Position numbers and translations under genes: made by a program
Assembly (NCBI RefSeq): GCF_000143415.4
Contig: NW_003314285.1
Location: 523,370-587,369 of the forward strand
Length of the DNA: 64,000 nt
Direction of reading: 5' to 3'
From: Selaginella moellendorffii
Lineage: Eukaryota; Plantae; Lycopodiophyta
In this document: in pieces, positions 37,642 through 52,277 of the stretch
Position numbering within the stretch: position 1 is the first letter of the stretch
How the letters are laid out: each line of letters opens with the position of its first letter
The notes under the pieces: generated by a model
Told to the model about the DNA's origin: nothing
Database searches by the model: none
What the model saw: only the letters and a program-made list of their open reading frames with translations

Positions 37642-39398
37642 CTGTACTCTCAAAAATATTTATCACCATCTACTTGTTTACTAGATTTTGATTTATTTCA
37701 GATGTTGAAAATCCTCCTCAAGCATGCTATAGAGCTCATTTTCTTTAGAAATGAACACATGACTAAATAAATAAACACCTCCACATGGAGAATGTTAAGA
37801 ATCTTTATTGTAATTGTTGATTAGTAAATTCTGAGAAAATGAGTCAACATAGGAGGAGTATTTTTAAAACATTGTCCAGCTGGGTTGAAAAAAAAAAGCA
37901 TGATAGAAGTAAAGATTTTAAAAACTATTCAAAAAGAGGATTGTTGGTAAGTATGAATGTATTGGAAGGTGAATATATGAAGATGGAAAAAGGTTATAAA
38001 GGATGACAAATGTGGGCTCAGTGTCAAAAATGGTTGTGCAATCAGCAAAGATGTGTTGTAGATCATCTTGGGAAAAATCAATGATAAATCTAGAGCTACC
38101 AATAATCATAGTATAAACATGTAAATGTGACTGGAGTTTTGAGAAAAGATTAGATTGCATGGCTCAGACAAACCAAGCAAATGAACTTTGACTGTTAAAT
38201 CAACTAGATCTAGGATTCATGAAGATGAAAAACAATATTTGCCATAGATCCTTTGATAGAAAAGACATGATGCCTCAGCTATAAAGTGAGGCATCCCACT
38301 GTGACCACCATCTATTGCAAGGGAATCTCGCAACTTTTTTATGCTCTCAAGATCATATGGAAATGAACCTCTCACTAAAAGGCCAAGAGAAAAAGGTGTT
38401 GAAAAAAATGGTTGCCAGAAAAGAAAAACTATGAAAGAATCTCTCCACTTTCTTCCAGTGTATTTAGCTGATCGCAGCAGCACAAAGAATAATATATAAT
38501 TAATATAATAATCTGCAAAATCTCAAATGTACCTTTGTGAATATCAGTCTTATGGAGTCGTTTACAACATGCGCATCCTAGACTGTGTTTGTAAAGTAGA
38601 ATTCACCTGCATATAAAGTGCAAAGAAAATTAGAACATTGGTAAACTTAGGAAAAAACAAAAAACGCTCAATGCATCCAGTTAAATACACTGGAGGACCC
38701 AATAGAGAACGTTCTCTTAACTATTGTAGAGAATAATCTACAATCTGCAAAGATCTCATCAAATCATTGTGGTTTTTTCACCTGCATCTGAAGATGGCCA
38801 CTCCCGCTCAAAAATGATGTTTGGAGCTGGTAAAGTCGCCTGTTCTGGATGTGAAGAACTCGAACCGTGAGATTTGGCTGGCCAGACTAGCATAAAATCG
38901 TTGCAAAACTGTCAGCCGTGCTCTATAAACTCCAGCTTCCAGGTTCGCAGAATGAGAATGCTCTTTCATATTCCTTGCAATTCACCGCACACAAATCGTG
39001 AAAAAAGTTTGCGTGCTTAAAGGCGAAATCAGTCTGGCAAGCAAATCTCTTTGAAGTTTTTGATAGCTACTAACTTTGCTTGTTCGTTTATCTGTTTTTT
39101 TCTTGCGGATATCGAAAAATTCTCGTCTCACTGACTTGAAAATTCCGTGTTCTTGCTGAGAACACTATAACAAAAACAAGATGGACATCCATGCGAACAA
39201 ACAAACTTGGTGTTACACATTCAAAGAACAGGATTTTAAGATAGTCTTCTTCCATGAACAAGCTGTAAAAATTGATCGAATGTAACAAAGAACTACATTC
39301 TTCGCAGAAAATACAAACGAAGATTTCCTCGACCATTGTTGACACTCATAAGATCTGGGAGAAATCAATCAATATAGATTTCGAGCTAGGCTAGTCTT

Positions 39399-40071
39399 TT
39401 AGCTCTCAGCTATAGGCTTGAGCCTGATGAGCCTTCGTATGCGATCTTTGTCAGTGTGTTCTAGCATTCCCTACAAGGAAAAAAACGTGAAAAACGAGGA
39501 TACTCCTTTTGCGAATTGATCAATAAGCCTACCTGGGAGACGATCTCGTCCAGGCACAAGCAAATCTTCCCGTACTTGTCTAGAAAAACTCGCTCAGTCG
39601 GGATTTTCTTGCACACATCTTTCACGGAGGAAGTGATCGAGAATAGAACTTCCACCACTGCAAAGTTCACGCGAAAATGTGTGTGTGAGAGAGAAGAGAT
39701 CTCTAGAATCTTACACGTAAGTTCGTCGTATTCATCCTTTCCCACCGTGAAGATCCATATCTCTCCCATCACAGTGTAAGTGATATGGACGGATCTGGAC
39801 TAAGAAGAAAGGCGTGATGGATTTGATGCGAGAAAGGAAAATCAAGCTACATTCTTACTTGTGAGACGCCACAAAGGATTCCTCGTCGCGAGCGCCCTTG
39901 AGATTATCCGTGCCGAGCTTCACCAGGAATGATCTCCAGTGAAGGCGCTCCTCGCCGGGAACTCCATGAAATCTGGCGCCAGATCTCTCAGATTGAGCTC
40001 AGAACGATCACGCCTTACCTCTCGAGCAGCACATTGCCGGAGGAATTCGCGAAAAGGACGCACATAAGCAT
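39399..40071 (-). CDS. LOLITA: LOLITA longin-like subunit of the TPLATE/TSET complex, 5 exons
   Basis: MLMCVLFANSSGNVLLERFHGVPGEERLHWRSFLVKLG...GKDEYDEL...PTERVFLDKYGKICLCLDEIV...DKDRIRRLIRLKP. Confidence 0.88.
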
Positions 40072-40116
40072 CCTTGCCCAGATTTAGGGTTCTTCAGATT
40101 TTTAGGGTTTTTAGAT
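40072..40116. promoter_or_regulatory. 45-bp head-to-head intergenic spacer with two telo-box-like motifs
   Basis: TTTAGGGTT at about 40083 and TTTAGGGTTT at 40101 (AAACCCTAA on the minus strand), lying between the two start codons. Confidence 0.55.
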
Positions 40117-41237
40117 ATGGAGAAGGAGAGCCGGGTCCATCCCGCCTGCATCAACGCGTCCAATCCGTATCACGAGTGCTCGCAATACTGCTTCCGGAAG
40201 ATCGCCGAAGCGCGCGCCACAGGTAAGGATCATTCTCTCGCGTTCTTCCGGTAGAGATTTTGCGAATTTTTTTGCAGTGACCGAGGAATTGCCGAATGCG
40301 GGGCCTGTAGAAGACGAGAAAGAACAAGCGCCAGAGGTTGAAGAAGAAAAAGAAGCTCCAGTTCCAGTTCCTCCTCTAATCGAGGACGAATCTGGCTTGG
40401 ATGAGCGGCAAAAGAAGCTGAGGCTGCTACAGCGGAAAATGGTATTTTGTATTTTCTTACTTTGGTTAGAAACTAGAACTTACGTTCTTTGTTGGTGGTG
40501 CTAGGACGAAGCTCGAAAGAAGAATGAGCAAGCCATGATGGCCGAGAGGAAGAAGCAGGACGCTCCCAAAGAAGAGAGAGGCGTCTCCAAGCAAAAGTGG
40601 TTCGAGGAGAAGCAAAAGCAAGCTGGGAAGCGCCTGGAGTTTAGTGGGATTGACAAATCGAAGATGTACATGCTGGACACACAAGAAGCCGCCGAAGAGA
40701 AGTATAAAAAGCGTGACAAGAATCCTGCTCCTTTTGGATGGGATGGTAATAAGTCAATTGCGTTTCGGATCGAACTATGTATCCTAATATCTTTCTTCTT
40801 TTGTTGTTTCTGTAGTCTTCAATCAGAAGTCCTTGTATAACGCCTACAAGAAGCGGGCGAAGACAATCCCGAATACAGTGGAGGAGTACACGAAAGTCCG
40901 AGATAATGACCCCGACTTCTACTGTAACGAGACCAGCCTACAATACGGGAAGGTAGCGATCAATCATTTTCTGCAAGTCCCAGCCTAGCTCAACGTGCTG
41001 TTGTTTCAGACTCCCGCTGTCCCGGAGGAATTCGTCGATAGGATGGTCCAAGAGCTCGAAGGGAGGATTTCCAAGCGGAAGGACTTCAGCCGGAGACGCA
41101 AGTACCACGAGGAAAAAGACATCGACTCCATCAACGAGAGAAACGAACATTTCAACCGCAAGATCGAGAGAGCGTTTGGCAAGTACACTGTCGAGATCAA
41201 GAACAACTTGGAACGAGGCACTGCTCTGCCAGATTAA
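40117..41237 (+). CDS. SYF2: SYF2 pre-mRNA splicing factor (GCIP-interacting family), 5 exons
   Basis: N-terminal RVHPACINASNPYHECSQYC, GWDVFNQKSLYNAYKKR and FSRRRKYHEEKDIDSINERNEHFNRKIERAFGKYTVEIKNNLERGTALPD*. Confidence 0.93.
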
Positions 41238-41341
41238 GCACCACAAATGAGAGAGAGAAAAAGAGAGAATCTCGGTATGTACGCTTCACTTTGTAACGCA
41301 ATCTTGGTCTACGCATTTACGTGGAAAGGGTCGTTTGTTTT

Positions 41342-42904
41342 TCAGCTCTCTCGAGCGCGAGCATTCGACCAAAGAACATACGGTATGGCGAGTTTGGAAT
41401 CTAGCTGAGCTACTTTTTTGGCGGCGTCTAGCTGGTGATGGTGGCCTGAGCTGAGCAGCAAGTTGGTCCACGCGACAACCCCTGGCTGGAAGGGCATATG
41501 CTGCATCAAGTCGCGACAGTCCCCCGGGATTCGGGCCCTGGCAAGCATGTCAACAACGCAGACGTAATGCTCCTCGGCCATCTCAACGTCGAAATCAGCC
41601 GCCATCGATGAGCAGTGATCCAAGGCGGTGGCCAGCTCCCCGCGACGACTCGAGGCACACAAAACGCTGCGGAAAGTGACTTGGTTTGGCATCACGCCTT
41701 CCGAGATCATGTCTCGAAACAGGCCCAGGCACGCATCCCAATCCGCAGCTCGAGCAGCCGCGGTGATCACGGCTGTCCAGGGGACAACGCTGTTCGTGTG
41801 GCGGATCGATTGGAAGGCCTCGAGAGTTGCTTCCAGAGTGGAACACTTTCCAAAGGCCGAGACAATCGCGCTGCCGACGCTCACGTCTTCGTCCAGGCCC
41901 AAGCTGGCGGCCTCGGAGCAAATGAGCTTGGCCATTGGGAGCAGTGACGCGGATCCGCAGGCATCCAAGACGTTTAAAAATGTGATCTTGTTTGGGCGGA
42001 CGCCTTCGAGATCCATCGTGGAAAACGTTCGCACGGCGTCCGAGTGGAGGCCGTGACGGGCATATGCGGAGATCATGGCGGACCAGGCAACCACATTTTT
42101 TTGTGGAGCGGAATTAAATGCTGCTACTGATTTGGGGAGCTCGCTGTTTGTGGAGTATGCGGAGATCATCACGTTCCACGCCGCGGAATCCTTGACGGCG
42201 ATGTTTTGGAATATTTCCTCCGCTTGGCACAGATGCCCGGCCTGGGCATTTGCAGAGATCATAGCAGTGCGAAGGATTGTGTCTCTTTTGTGCAAAGGAA
42301 CTTTGTTGTAGACCTCTTGGGCTTGATTGAAACTTCCTGTTTTTGTGAGCCATGTGATTAGAGATGTTGCGATTTGAGGACTCGAGATCAGTCCACAATC
42401 ATTGGCAACGGTTTGGATCATAGTTATAAAGTGATGATGCAGAGATTCGGAACCTAAACTTATGAAACTGGAAACGCTGGGTCCAGTTCCTTCTAGGAGC
42501 ATCTTTTCAAAACACTCAAGTGCATCTTGCAAATGCCCGTTCATGGCAAATGCTGAAATCATGGCATTCCATGTTACAACGTTCTTTTGTGGCATTTTCT
42601 GAAATATGGAAAATGCATGATCGACATGGCCGATTCGGCCATACCCTGCAAGAATCGTCGTCCACGACGCGATATTTGGGTACGGCATGGCTTCAAACAT
42701 TACCTCCGCCTTTTGCATATGCCCTCTATGGGCATATGCCGACATTATAAGATTCCATGACAGTGTGCTCTTTTTCCGAATGTCAGTGAAAACCGCAAAA
42801 GCTGCGTCGAGCTCCCCACGCTTTCCGTAAAATTGTACCAGCGAATTTGCAAAAGAGACGTCTGCGAGCGAGAATTTCCCACTTTGCACGTCGATGAGCA
42901 CCAT
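41342..42904 (-). CDS. PLS-class pentatricopeptide repeat protein with a short E-type C-terminus; 5' end uncertain
   Basis: Repeated VVxWNAMISAYA..GH motifs, PNKITFLNVLDAC and EEHYVCVVDMLARA...MPFQPGVVAWTNLL. No DYW domain. Confidence 0.88.
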   Translation of the reverse strand: MVLIDVQSGKFSLADVSFANSLVQFYGKRGELDAAFAVFTDIRKKSTLSWNLIMSAYAHRGHMQKAEVMFEAMPYPNIASWTTILAGYGRIGHVDHAFSIFQKMPQKNVVTWNAMISAFAMNGHLQDALECFEKMLLEGTGPSVSSFISLGSESLHHHFITMIQTVANDCGLISSPQIATSLITWLTKTGSFNQAQEVYNKVPLHKRDTILRTAMISANAQAGHLCQAEEIFQNIAVKDSAAWNVMISAYSTNSELPKSVAAFNSAPQKNVVAWSAMISAYARHGLHSDAVRTFSTMDLEGVRPNKITFLNVLDACGSASLLPMAKLICSEAASLGLDEDVSVGSAIVSAFGKCSTLEATLEAFQSIRHTNSVVPWTAVITAAARAADWDACLGLFRDMISEGVMPNQVTFRSVLCASSRRGELATALDHCSSMAADFDVEMAEEHYVCVVDMLARARIPGDCRDLMQHMPFQPGVVAWTNLLLSSGHHHQLDAAKKVAQLDSKLAIPYVLWSNARARES

Positions 42905-43537
42905 AATGCCCACTTCTCAACTTTTTAAAGTTCCCGAACATCATCGTACGAGAATCAGTCCTTTCCAAATGGTGGAGGAGATGGGAGTCGCAAGAGAGAT
43001 TAGAGACCTTCCAATCAAAGTGAAGAGCTTTTGTGGAGGAATAGATTCATATCTGATACAGTCCCTTGGTTGGACCATCCAAGCTTGGAACAAAATTCTA
43101 TCGGATCACTCCACAGTTGACTGTGAATGCATAAACAAGATTTTTCCTTACACAAGGTTTGTATTAAAATTGAGTGAGTGACACCGCATTGTCACAAAGA
43201 AAATCACCACGTGTTTTGGTGATTTTGATAAGTTGCGTGGAGAAAATTGTGTTCTGTAGCGAGGAAAATATTCCGATGGTTCCTCGCAAGGTTCTTCGAA
43301 TTGTAGCATTGAGAGAGAGTGTGGAAGTTTGGAGCCCATAATTTAAATCTAGGTTATGAGAAAAATCATGTGAGTGTTGATATCGACCCGGATGACACTT
43401 CGCTTCTCTCCTTCCTTCGCGATTCCAAATGCTGGCCGATCGGGGCTAGGGATGGTCGCGGATTTCTCTTAGATCGGCCTCGAAATATTTCGGGCTCGTC
43501 GATCGCCGCGGTCGATCGATCGGGGTTCTTTCCCTCC

Positions 43538-46500
43538 ATGGCGGAGCTTGGGGGATCTAGCGGCGTGGTGGAGGGCGAGGGGAGGATTTCCTTGAGCGAG
43601 AATACGTGGGAGGAGAGGGTGTTTGGGCGGCCGTCGAGCGATTCGCGGCGGGCCGAGGATGAGGCGACGCTCAAGTGGATCGCGCTTCAGAAGCTGCCGA
43701 GCATGGATCGAATGCGCACGGCGCTGGTCCGGGGCGATGGCGGGGAGAAGGATTTCGAGGCGGTGGATGTGGCCAAGCTGGGGATCGCGTACAAGCAGCG
43801 GATTATGGAGCAAGTGGCGCTCGACAACGAGCGATTCTTGCGGAAGCTGCGGGATCGCATTGACAAGTATCCATTCTTTCTCCCTTTTCTTGCCTGCTTG
43901 GGAAATCCTTCTCTCTTGATCTTGGAGACTCATCCCTCCCCTCTCTTATATCCAGTTTTCATTGTGAGCCTACGATGTGCTTGGATCTTTCTCATTTCTT
44001 TCTTTCGATTGTTTTGGTTTTTTGTTTTGTTCTAGAGTGGAGATCGATCTACCCAAGATCGAAGTTCGCTTCCAGGATTTACATGTTGATGCTGATGTCT
44101 ATGTTGGAGGCCGGGCTCTCCCCACGCTCTACAACTACACCATCAACACGATCGAAGTATGATAAGCTGAGAATCTTTCCTCTGCTCTTCCTTCTCCAAG
44201 TTGACTCTGTGTTTGATATCTTTGTCCTTGGCCGGAATTCCAGGAGCTCTTTGGATCGCTTCGGCTATCTCCTACTAAGAAACGAGTGCTCACCATCCTT
44301 GACAACGTTACTGGCATCATCAAGCCGTGCAGGTGCTAATTAGATCACGCAATCCTTGTTGAAACATTTGCTTCTTCCCATTTTTCTGGATTTTTTTCCA
44401 GGCTGACTTTACTTCTGGGACCTCCCGGCTCGGGAAAGACAACTTTCTTAAAGGCACTATGCGGAAAGTTAGATCACGACCTCCGGGTAATACTATTTTT
44501 TTTTGGTTCTTTTGGATATTTGTTGGACACACAAGCTTTTCAGGTTTCAGGGAACGTTACATACAATGGATGCGAGTTTAGCGAGTTTGTGCCACACAGG
44601 ACGTCGGGATATATCAGCCAGACTGACCTTCACACCCCGGAGCTTACTGTCCGAGAGACCCTGGACTTTTCTTGTCGGTGTCAAGGTGTTGGATCACGAT
44701 ATGGTAAGATCGATGTTTGACGAGCTTGACACTGACGAGCTCTTTTGTTTGCTCTTTAGATATGCTTGCGGAGCTCTGTAGACGTGAGAAGGCTGCTGGA
44801 ATCAAACCAGACCCTGATATTGACGCTTTTATGAAGGTAAGAGCTGAGAGCTGAGAATGTTTATCGTGATTATAGTTCTTCTATGTCGGATTTATTAATT
44901 CTCTTTCGTGTCAGGCTTTGGCTTTGGAAGGACAGGAACGAAACATTCGGACGGACTACGTTCTCAAGGTAAAGTTCCTGATCTATATACTATGTCGTCA
45001 CATTTACTTTTAAGTTTTATGTCCGGGGCCACAGGTTTTAGGACTCGACATATGCGCTGACACGCTAGTTGGCGATCAAATGCGTCGCGGAATTTCTGGT
45101 GGGCAGAAGAAACGACTTACAACAGGTAAGTAAAAGTCTCTCAAGACAGTTCTAAGCAGTACTGACTTTGTTTACTCTGTCAGGAGAAGTTCTTGTTGGA
45201 CCAGCAAAAGCTTTGTTCATGGATGAGATCTCGACAGGCCTAGACAGCTCCACTACGTACCAAATTGTCAAGCATTTGAGGCAAACTGTGCACAATGCCG
45301 ACTACACCATCATTGTCTCGCTTCTCCAGCCGGCTCCAGAGGTTTACAATCTCTTCGACGATCTTATATTGCTTGCCGAGGGGCGTATAATCTATCAAGG
45401 ACCCTGCAACATGATTCTCGATTTCTTTTATTCGCTGGGATTCAAGTGTCCTGAAAGAAAAGGCGTGGCAGACTTTCTCCAGGAGGTAAATTCATAGAAA
45501 AAGAAAGGAACGATCTCAAACTTGCTCTTAATGTCAGGTGATATCAAGAAAGGACCAGGAACAGTACTGGATGGATTCAAGTCGAGAGTATAGATATGTT
45601 TCTGTGGAAGACTTCACGCTAGCTTTCTCAAGGCATCATATTGGCCAGGATCTAGCGAGAGAACTCAAAGTGCCGTACGACAAGTCCAAGAGCAATCCTG
45701 CTGCTTTGGTGACAAAGCAATATGGGTCAACCAGCTGGAACATCTTTCAAGCTTGCGTTGCGAAAGAAGTTCTTCTCATGAAACGCAATGCTTTTATCTA
45801 TGCTTTTAAAACCACACAGGTTTGTGTGTACTATTCTCTTTTTCTTTAAGCGAAGTTCTAACTATGATTTTATGATTGTTCTTCCTTGCAGATTTTGGTG
45901 ATGGCGACCGTGAGTATGACCGTGTTCTTGCGAACGCAGCATCACATTTCTGTCACAGACGGAACTATTCTGGTTTCCTCTCTTTTCTACTCGATCGTTG
46001 TCATCATGTTTAATGGTTTTGCGGAGCTCGCAATGACCATTAACAGGTTACCAATATTTTACAAGCAACGGAACTTGCTCTATCCGTCTTGGGCATTTTC
46101 CGTTCCGGCTTGGATCATGAGAATGCCCTTCTCGCTGCTTGAGACTGCGATTTGGGTGTTCCTAACTTACTGGGTTATCGGCTATGCTCCAGAGGTTGGA
46201 AGGTAAGAACTTATGTTTCCTCTTGAGCATTATCTTTCCCTGAGTGGTTGAAAACATGTAGATTCTTTCGCCAGTTTTTGTTGCTCTTCACGCTTCACAA
46301 CATGGCAATGTCTGGATTTCGTTTCATGGCATCTTTGGGAAGAACTATGCTCGTTGCAAATACTTTTGGTTCCTTTTCGCTGGTACTCGTCTTCATTCTT
46401 GGTGGTTTTGTCATCTCTCGAAGTAAGTTGAAGACAAACCTTGTTTTCTTATGGACACTAAAGTTTGGTATAGATGCTATTCATCCGTGGTGGATCTGGG

Positions 46501-49370
46501 CTTATTGGTCATCGCCTCTGATGTACGCACAAAACGCTATTGCCGTTAATGAGTTCACGGCCCCAAGATGGCGAGTGGTAAAATTTTCACCATTCTTTCT
46601 TTTTTAATCTCTTACTCTATGAATTTCTACTGCAGCTTGCACCAAATTCCACCGAAAGTGTCGGTACAATTGTGCTCAAGGCTCGAGGGATTTTTCCAGA
46701 TCCTTCTTGGTTTTGGATTGGAATTGGCGCCCTTGTCGGGTTTGCGATTTTCTTTAACATCTTTTTCACTATAGCGTTAACGGTTCTCAAGCGTAAGATT
46801 ATAATCCTTTACTTTCAAGTAGCTCAACTTCTGGTTTCACAGCTTTTGGAAAACCATCGGTGATTCTTTCTGAGGAAACATTGAACGAGAAACACAAAAC
46901 CAAGACCGGACAAGCTGTGAACTCTAGCTCTCAGGAGAAGTCATCCCAGAGTTTTAGAAAATCATTTGGTTTTCATTCAAATGGTATTGTTCTCAAATTG
47001 ATTTCCATATTCAAAGTCTGCCATTATTTCCTCAGGGGACCCCGAATCTGGAGATGTAAAAACAGGCATGGTGCTACCTTTCCAGCCACTGTCCATAGCT
47101 TTCCACAAAGTCAGCTACTTTGTTGACATGCCTAAGGTCGGTTTTAGCTTCACGTTTACAATCCTCACTGACAGGCTTGGTTTTGTAACTTCGCAGGAGA
47201 TGAAAGCACAAGGAGAAACTCTGGACAGGCTTCAGCTTCTCAAGGAGGTGAGCGGGGCTTTCAGGCCTGGAGTTCTCACAGCACTAGTTGGCGTAAGTGG
47301 AGCGGGGAAGACGACTCTAATGGATGTTCTTGCTGGTCGTAAGACTGGTGGCTACATTGAAGGCGAAATTAGCATCAATGGCTATCCAAAGAAGCAAGAC
47401 ACTTTTGCTCGAATCTCCGGCTACTGCGAGCAGACTGATATCCATTCTCCAAATGTGACAGTTGAAGAATCTCTCATTTACTCGTCATGGTTGCGGCTTC
47501 CGAAAGAAGTTGACAAACAAACGAGACTGGTACGGTAATCCTTGCGAAACTTGTTAGCTCTCTCCTTGTTCTAAATGCTTGCGTCTTCGTTTTGTTGTAA
47601 CAGATGTTTGTGAAGGAGGTGATGTCTCTTGTGGAACTCACGCCTCTCAGAAACGCTCTTGTTGGTCTCCCTGGAGTGAGTGGACTCTCGGTGGAGCAAA
47701 GGAAGAGGCTGACTATTGCCGTGGAGCTTGTTTCGAATCCTTCCATCATTTTTATGGACGAGCCAACTTCGGGACTTGACGCTCGTGCTGCAGCCATTGT
47801 GATGAGAACTGTTCGTAACACTGTGGACACGGGAAGAACAGTGGTATGCACCATTCACCAGCCTAGCATCGACATATTTGAGTCTTTTGACGAGGTATAT
47901 AAATATCATACATCTCTGATATTGCGGGAGTTCATGGTTGGATTTCACAGCTATTATTGATGAAAGGAGGTGGTCAAGTGATCTATGCAGGACCTCTCGG
48001 TAGACACTCCCACCACCTTATAGAATTCTTCCAGGTACGTTAATGAAATGCTGGGTATCATATGTAATGATACATGTTTCGTGTTTTTCTCAGGCCGTGG
48101 AAGGTGTTCCAGCTATTGAAGATGGAAGTAACCCAGCAACCTGGATGCTCGATGTCACTGCTGAGGAGGTCGAAGTCAGACTTGGAATCGATTTCGCAAA
48201 GTACTACGAACAATCTTCTTTGTACAAGTAAGTCATCACTTCTCTGGATATGGTTTTGATTCCAGCTTTATCACCAGGCAAAACGATGCTCTTGTGGAGA
48301 GACTGAGCAAGCCAATGCCAGACTCGAGCGACCTCCACTTTCCAACCAAATACTCTCAGTCATTCTATATCCAATGCAAGGCTTGCTTCTGGAAGCAATA
48401 TCGTTCTTATTGGAAGAATCCTCATTACAACGTGGTTCGCTACTTCTTCACTACAGTATGCGCTCTACTATTTGGAACGATCTTCTGGCGAGAAGGGAAA
48501 AATATGTAAGGAAATCTCTTTCACATTCCAAAGCTCACTAGAGTTCTTGTATGATCAGACGAACAGAGCAAGAGCTGTTTAACGTGATGGGATCGATGTA
48601 CGCTGCTTGCCTGTTTCTCGGAGTTAACAACTGCACCGCAGCTCAACCTGTTGTTGGTGTCGAGAGGACTGTATTCTATCGAGAACGGGCAGCAGGGATG
48701 TATTCAGCAATTCCATACGCTTTAGCACAGGTTTGTCACACATATTCAAACTAAGCTCGTGGTTTATGCAAAGTTACCGCAGGTAGCAATCGAGATTCCT
48801 TATGTCTTCATCCAAACTGCGATCTATCTCATCATAGTTTACTCCACAATCGCATACGAGTGGTCACCAGATAAATTCTTTTGGTTCTTCTTCTTCATGT
48901 ATTCCACATTCTTATACTTCACCTTCTATGGGATGATGGTGGTGTCTCTCACGCCGAACTATCAGCTGGCAGCAGTGGTTTCATCTGCATTCTTTGGTTT
49001 TTGGAATCTCTTCTCGGGGTTTTTGATCCCGCGTCCAGTAAGTTGGCTGATTGCCTCCTGCTATAATTGAGTTTTCATCTCGTTTTTGTTGTTTGTGTAG
49101 AAAATCCCGATATGGTGGAGATGGTATTACTATGCTAACCCAGTTGCGTGGACGCTCAATGGTCTCATAACTTCACAACTTGGGGACAGAGGAACAGTGA
49201 TGGATGTTCCTGGCAAAGGCCAACAAATTGTGCGAGATTACATCAAGCAGAGATTTGGTTTCCATAAGGATAGATTGGGCGAAATTGCTGCTGTCCATAT
49301 ACTGTTTGTATTGGTGTTAGCTCTTACTTTCGCCTTTAGCATCAAATATTTTAACTTCCAGAAGAGATAA
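43538..49370 (+). CDS. Full-size ABCG (PDR) transporter, >20 exons
   Basis: [76 protein letters not shown] and a C-terminal FNFQKR*. Confidence 0.96.
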
Positions 49371-52277
49371 TTACCAAAACTAAACCTTTGGAAGATAAAC
49401 CTTTGATACAGATAACGTTATAGCGTATCTTCTGTTGGAAGCTTCCAATTGGTTCTTCTTTGTTAGCTGGAATTTTTTTTCTTAAGAACACGACAAAAAC
49501 GAAAATATGTGAGCAAACAAGGAAACTGGTGTACAAAGGTACTGCTGAAAAGTAGTAGCCAGCCAAACTTCATGGCAGGGGTGATTGGTTCTTTTCTTGT
49601 GCTCAAGCTAACAATATACTTATTTTTTCGGTAGTGATTTGATTATAAAAACAAACTAGTAGAAATTAATAATTTGCTACGCATTGCATGTAGCAACACT
49701 TGGTTTGCTTAATAGTGGTGTTATTCCTACTTATTAATCCAATTGATCAAATAAGGTTTATAATTATAAGCATGTATGTAATTTATAAACACAAAATTAT
49801 TAGATGGTAGAATAAAAAAGAATATACTATTACTGGTATAATAAAATTTCTTAAACTTTATTAAGAAATTTTATAAATTATAAATATGTTTATAAATTAC
49901 AAATTATAAATACAAGATTAATCTAAATGAATAACAACCATTAGATGGTAGAATATCCAAGCATATTCTGGGTATATCCACTACCATCTCAGCCCCACAG
50001 GTTTGCTTAACAAACAAAAAAAGTAAAATGAGCTAAATATATTAAATTTCCTAGTATAAAATGTCATTTAATATAAATATTTAAAGTCAAGGAATATGCC
50101 AATTATAATTTTCCTAAAAAAGAGAAAAATATTATCTTAAACACTTCTTACAGTTAGTTGCAAAGGTTTGCTAGAATAATAAAATTAAAATTAAAATTAT
50201 AATAATTATATATATTATTATCATAAAAAAGTATAATCAAACATTTTGACAAGATTTAAGTTTTGAATTCATATGATTTAGCATAAATAATTATAAATTG
50301 TTTAAAGTTAGTAAATAAACTAGAATTTGGAGGTTCATATACGATAAGTTATACTGATAAAAATATTTATATCACAAAATTTTATTAATTTAATTATTAA
50401 AGTTAAAGAAGATTGCATTAGATAAATAACTTTATATAGTTGTGTGAGGTCCAAATGTACAATGTATATTAATATTAACGTAGTGGGATTTTGGTAGCCA
50501 TTGGATTGATTTCAATCTAGATCATATTCATTTATATAAACTAGGGTTTTTGGGCTAATTGATATGCATATTTTTATATATTCCATGCACTCGTAATAAG
50601 GGGTAGCTTTGATTGTCCTTAAAAAGTATTTGGATTTGTGCTTTTAGTTTAGATCTTGCTTTTGCATCATTTAAATCTCACTTTCTTTATAACTTTTTCA
50701 ATTTATTCTCTCTTGTTTTTTTTTTCTTTTTCATTTATCTTCATGTTAGAGCAATAACCTCCTCCTCCTTTGACTCTAGAGCAATAGTTAGTGCAATTAA
50801 TTAATGTTATATAATTGTAATTGAATAATTAAACTCAATTAATTACAACATTTATGGCATATGGCACAACTCCTTTTGCTTTTATTGCCAATCCTCGTAT
50901 TTAGCTAGAGTTCTTCAGAGGGAATCTTAAGGATGATATGTACTATTGATTTGATCACTTTACGGTGATTGCTATCTATCATTTTTAAAATAATGTTAAG
51001 CATTTATGTGAGTTTCCCATGTATCTTTAAAGGATAGTATTGCAGGCCACACACATAAATTGGAGCATTCTCCTGAACTTCTTTAAGCATATATTTGGAC
51101 ATACTAACAATTGTAATAATGCTTTCCAATAATTTTATTGTCTTTGTCAATGGCCATCTGAGTTAATGATGCAATTTGGCATTTACTTTTGAAGTTTCTT
51201 GCTTCATAAGAAGCTAAATATGTTAGAGTGTATTAAGTTGGGAATGTTATGGTTAACATTTCGTCAAACTTTTATGGGACTTATATATACACTTTAGCCA
51301 CCCTTCACAATGCTCTTCAACTAATACAATATTATGAAATATTGTTTTTTCCACTTCTCACTATATGTCTTTCAACTCCACTTCTTATGGGAGATGGTTT
51401 TACTTTGATAGAGATTGATGTTGTTATTGCTTTTGTTCAAAAACAAAGGTGAGGATATGGTTGTGGCCATGATGTCCATTATTAAGCGTGTGATAAAATT
51501 GGTGTAGCGCACTTTATCTCTCTCCCTTTAAGCTAACTGGAAAAAGGGCAATTGCTTGATGAGTGTCGCAAATGTGACTTCGGGTATCGAAAGTTACTTG
51601 TCGGCTAGTCCTTTCGGATATTCTTTCCTTACTGCCACGATGGCAGGAGGTCGGTATTGCTGGACCCGTTATCAGTTTCCCATTTGAGCTAGTTGAGAAA
51701 CTGGTCAATGACCGTATACTTAGATCGGATAAACATAAGGTAGAAACTCTATGTGTTTCTTGCTAAGCATACTCGGCCCGGTTTGCGAAACTCCTGTCAT
51801 TGGCTTGCACTTGCTAGTGTCAAGAGCCCCTGCGATATTGAGTTTGGTCCCTCAATATTCACTAGATGATAACTTACTGTGTCTGCCAAACACCCTTGCT
51901 ATCATGCCCTTTGTGTTAGTCTCAATTCGGTCCCAAATGCTAATTATGGAAAGTGTCTAAATTTGCTCATTTGGCATATCTACGGAATGTAAAGATTGGC
52001 CTGAACACAATGGTGTTCGTCCTGTGTCCAAATTCGCAATCTAGCGCCATTCTATATTTAGTAAGTTTCGAGCTTGTCTCAGAGACTAACTCCTGGTACT
52101 AAGGGAGGCTTGGGGTGAAAGCCCAAAACATGCGTTCCTCAAGGGGGGGGTTGTAGAGGGTTCCAAATGTATAGTAGGGATAGTGGGTAGGTCAGGCATG
52201 GTCGACCAATCTGAGGCATAGTTTAGCTCCCATTTATGTGCTTGTCCTTGTTCTACGTCCGGCTTGGATCTAAACCC

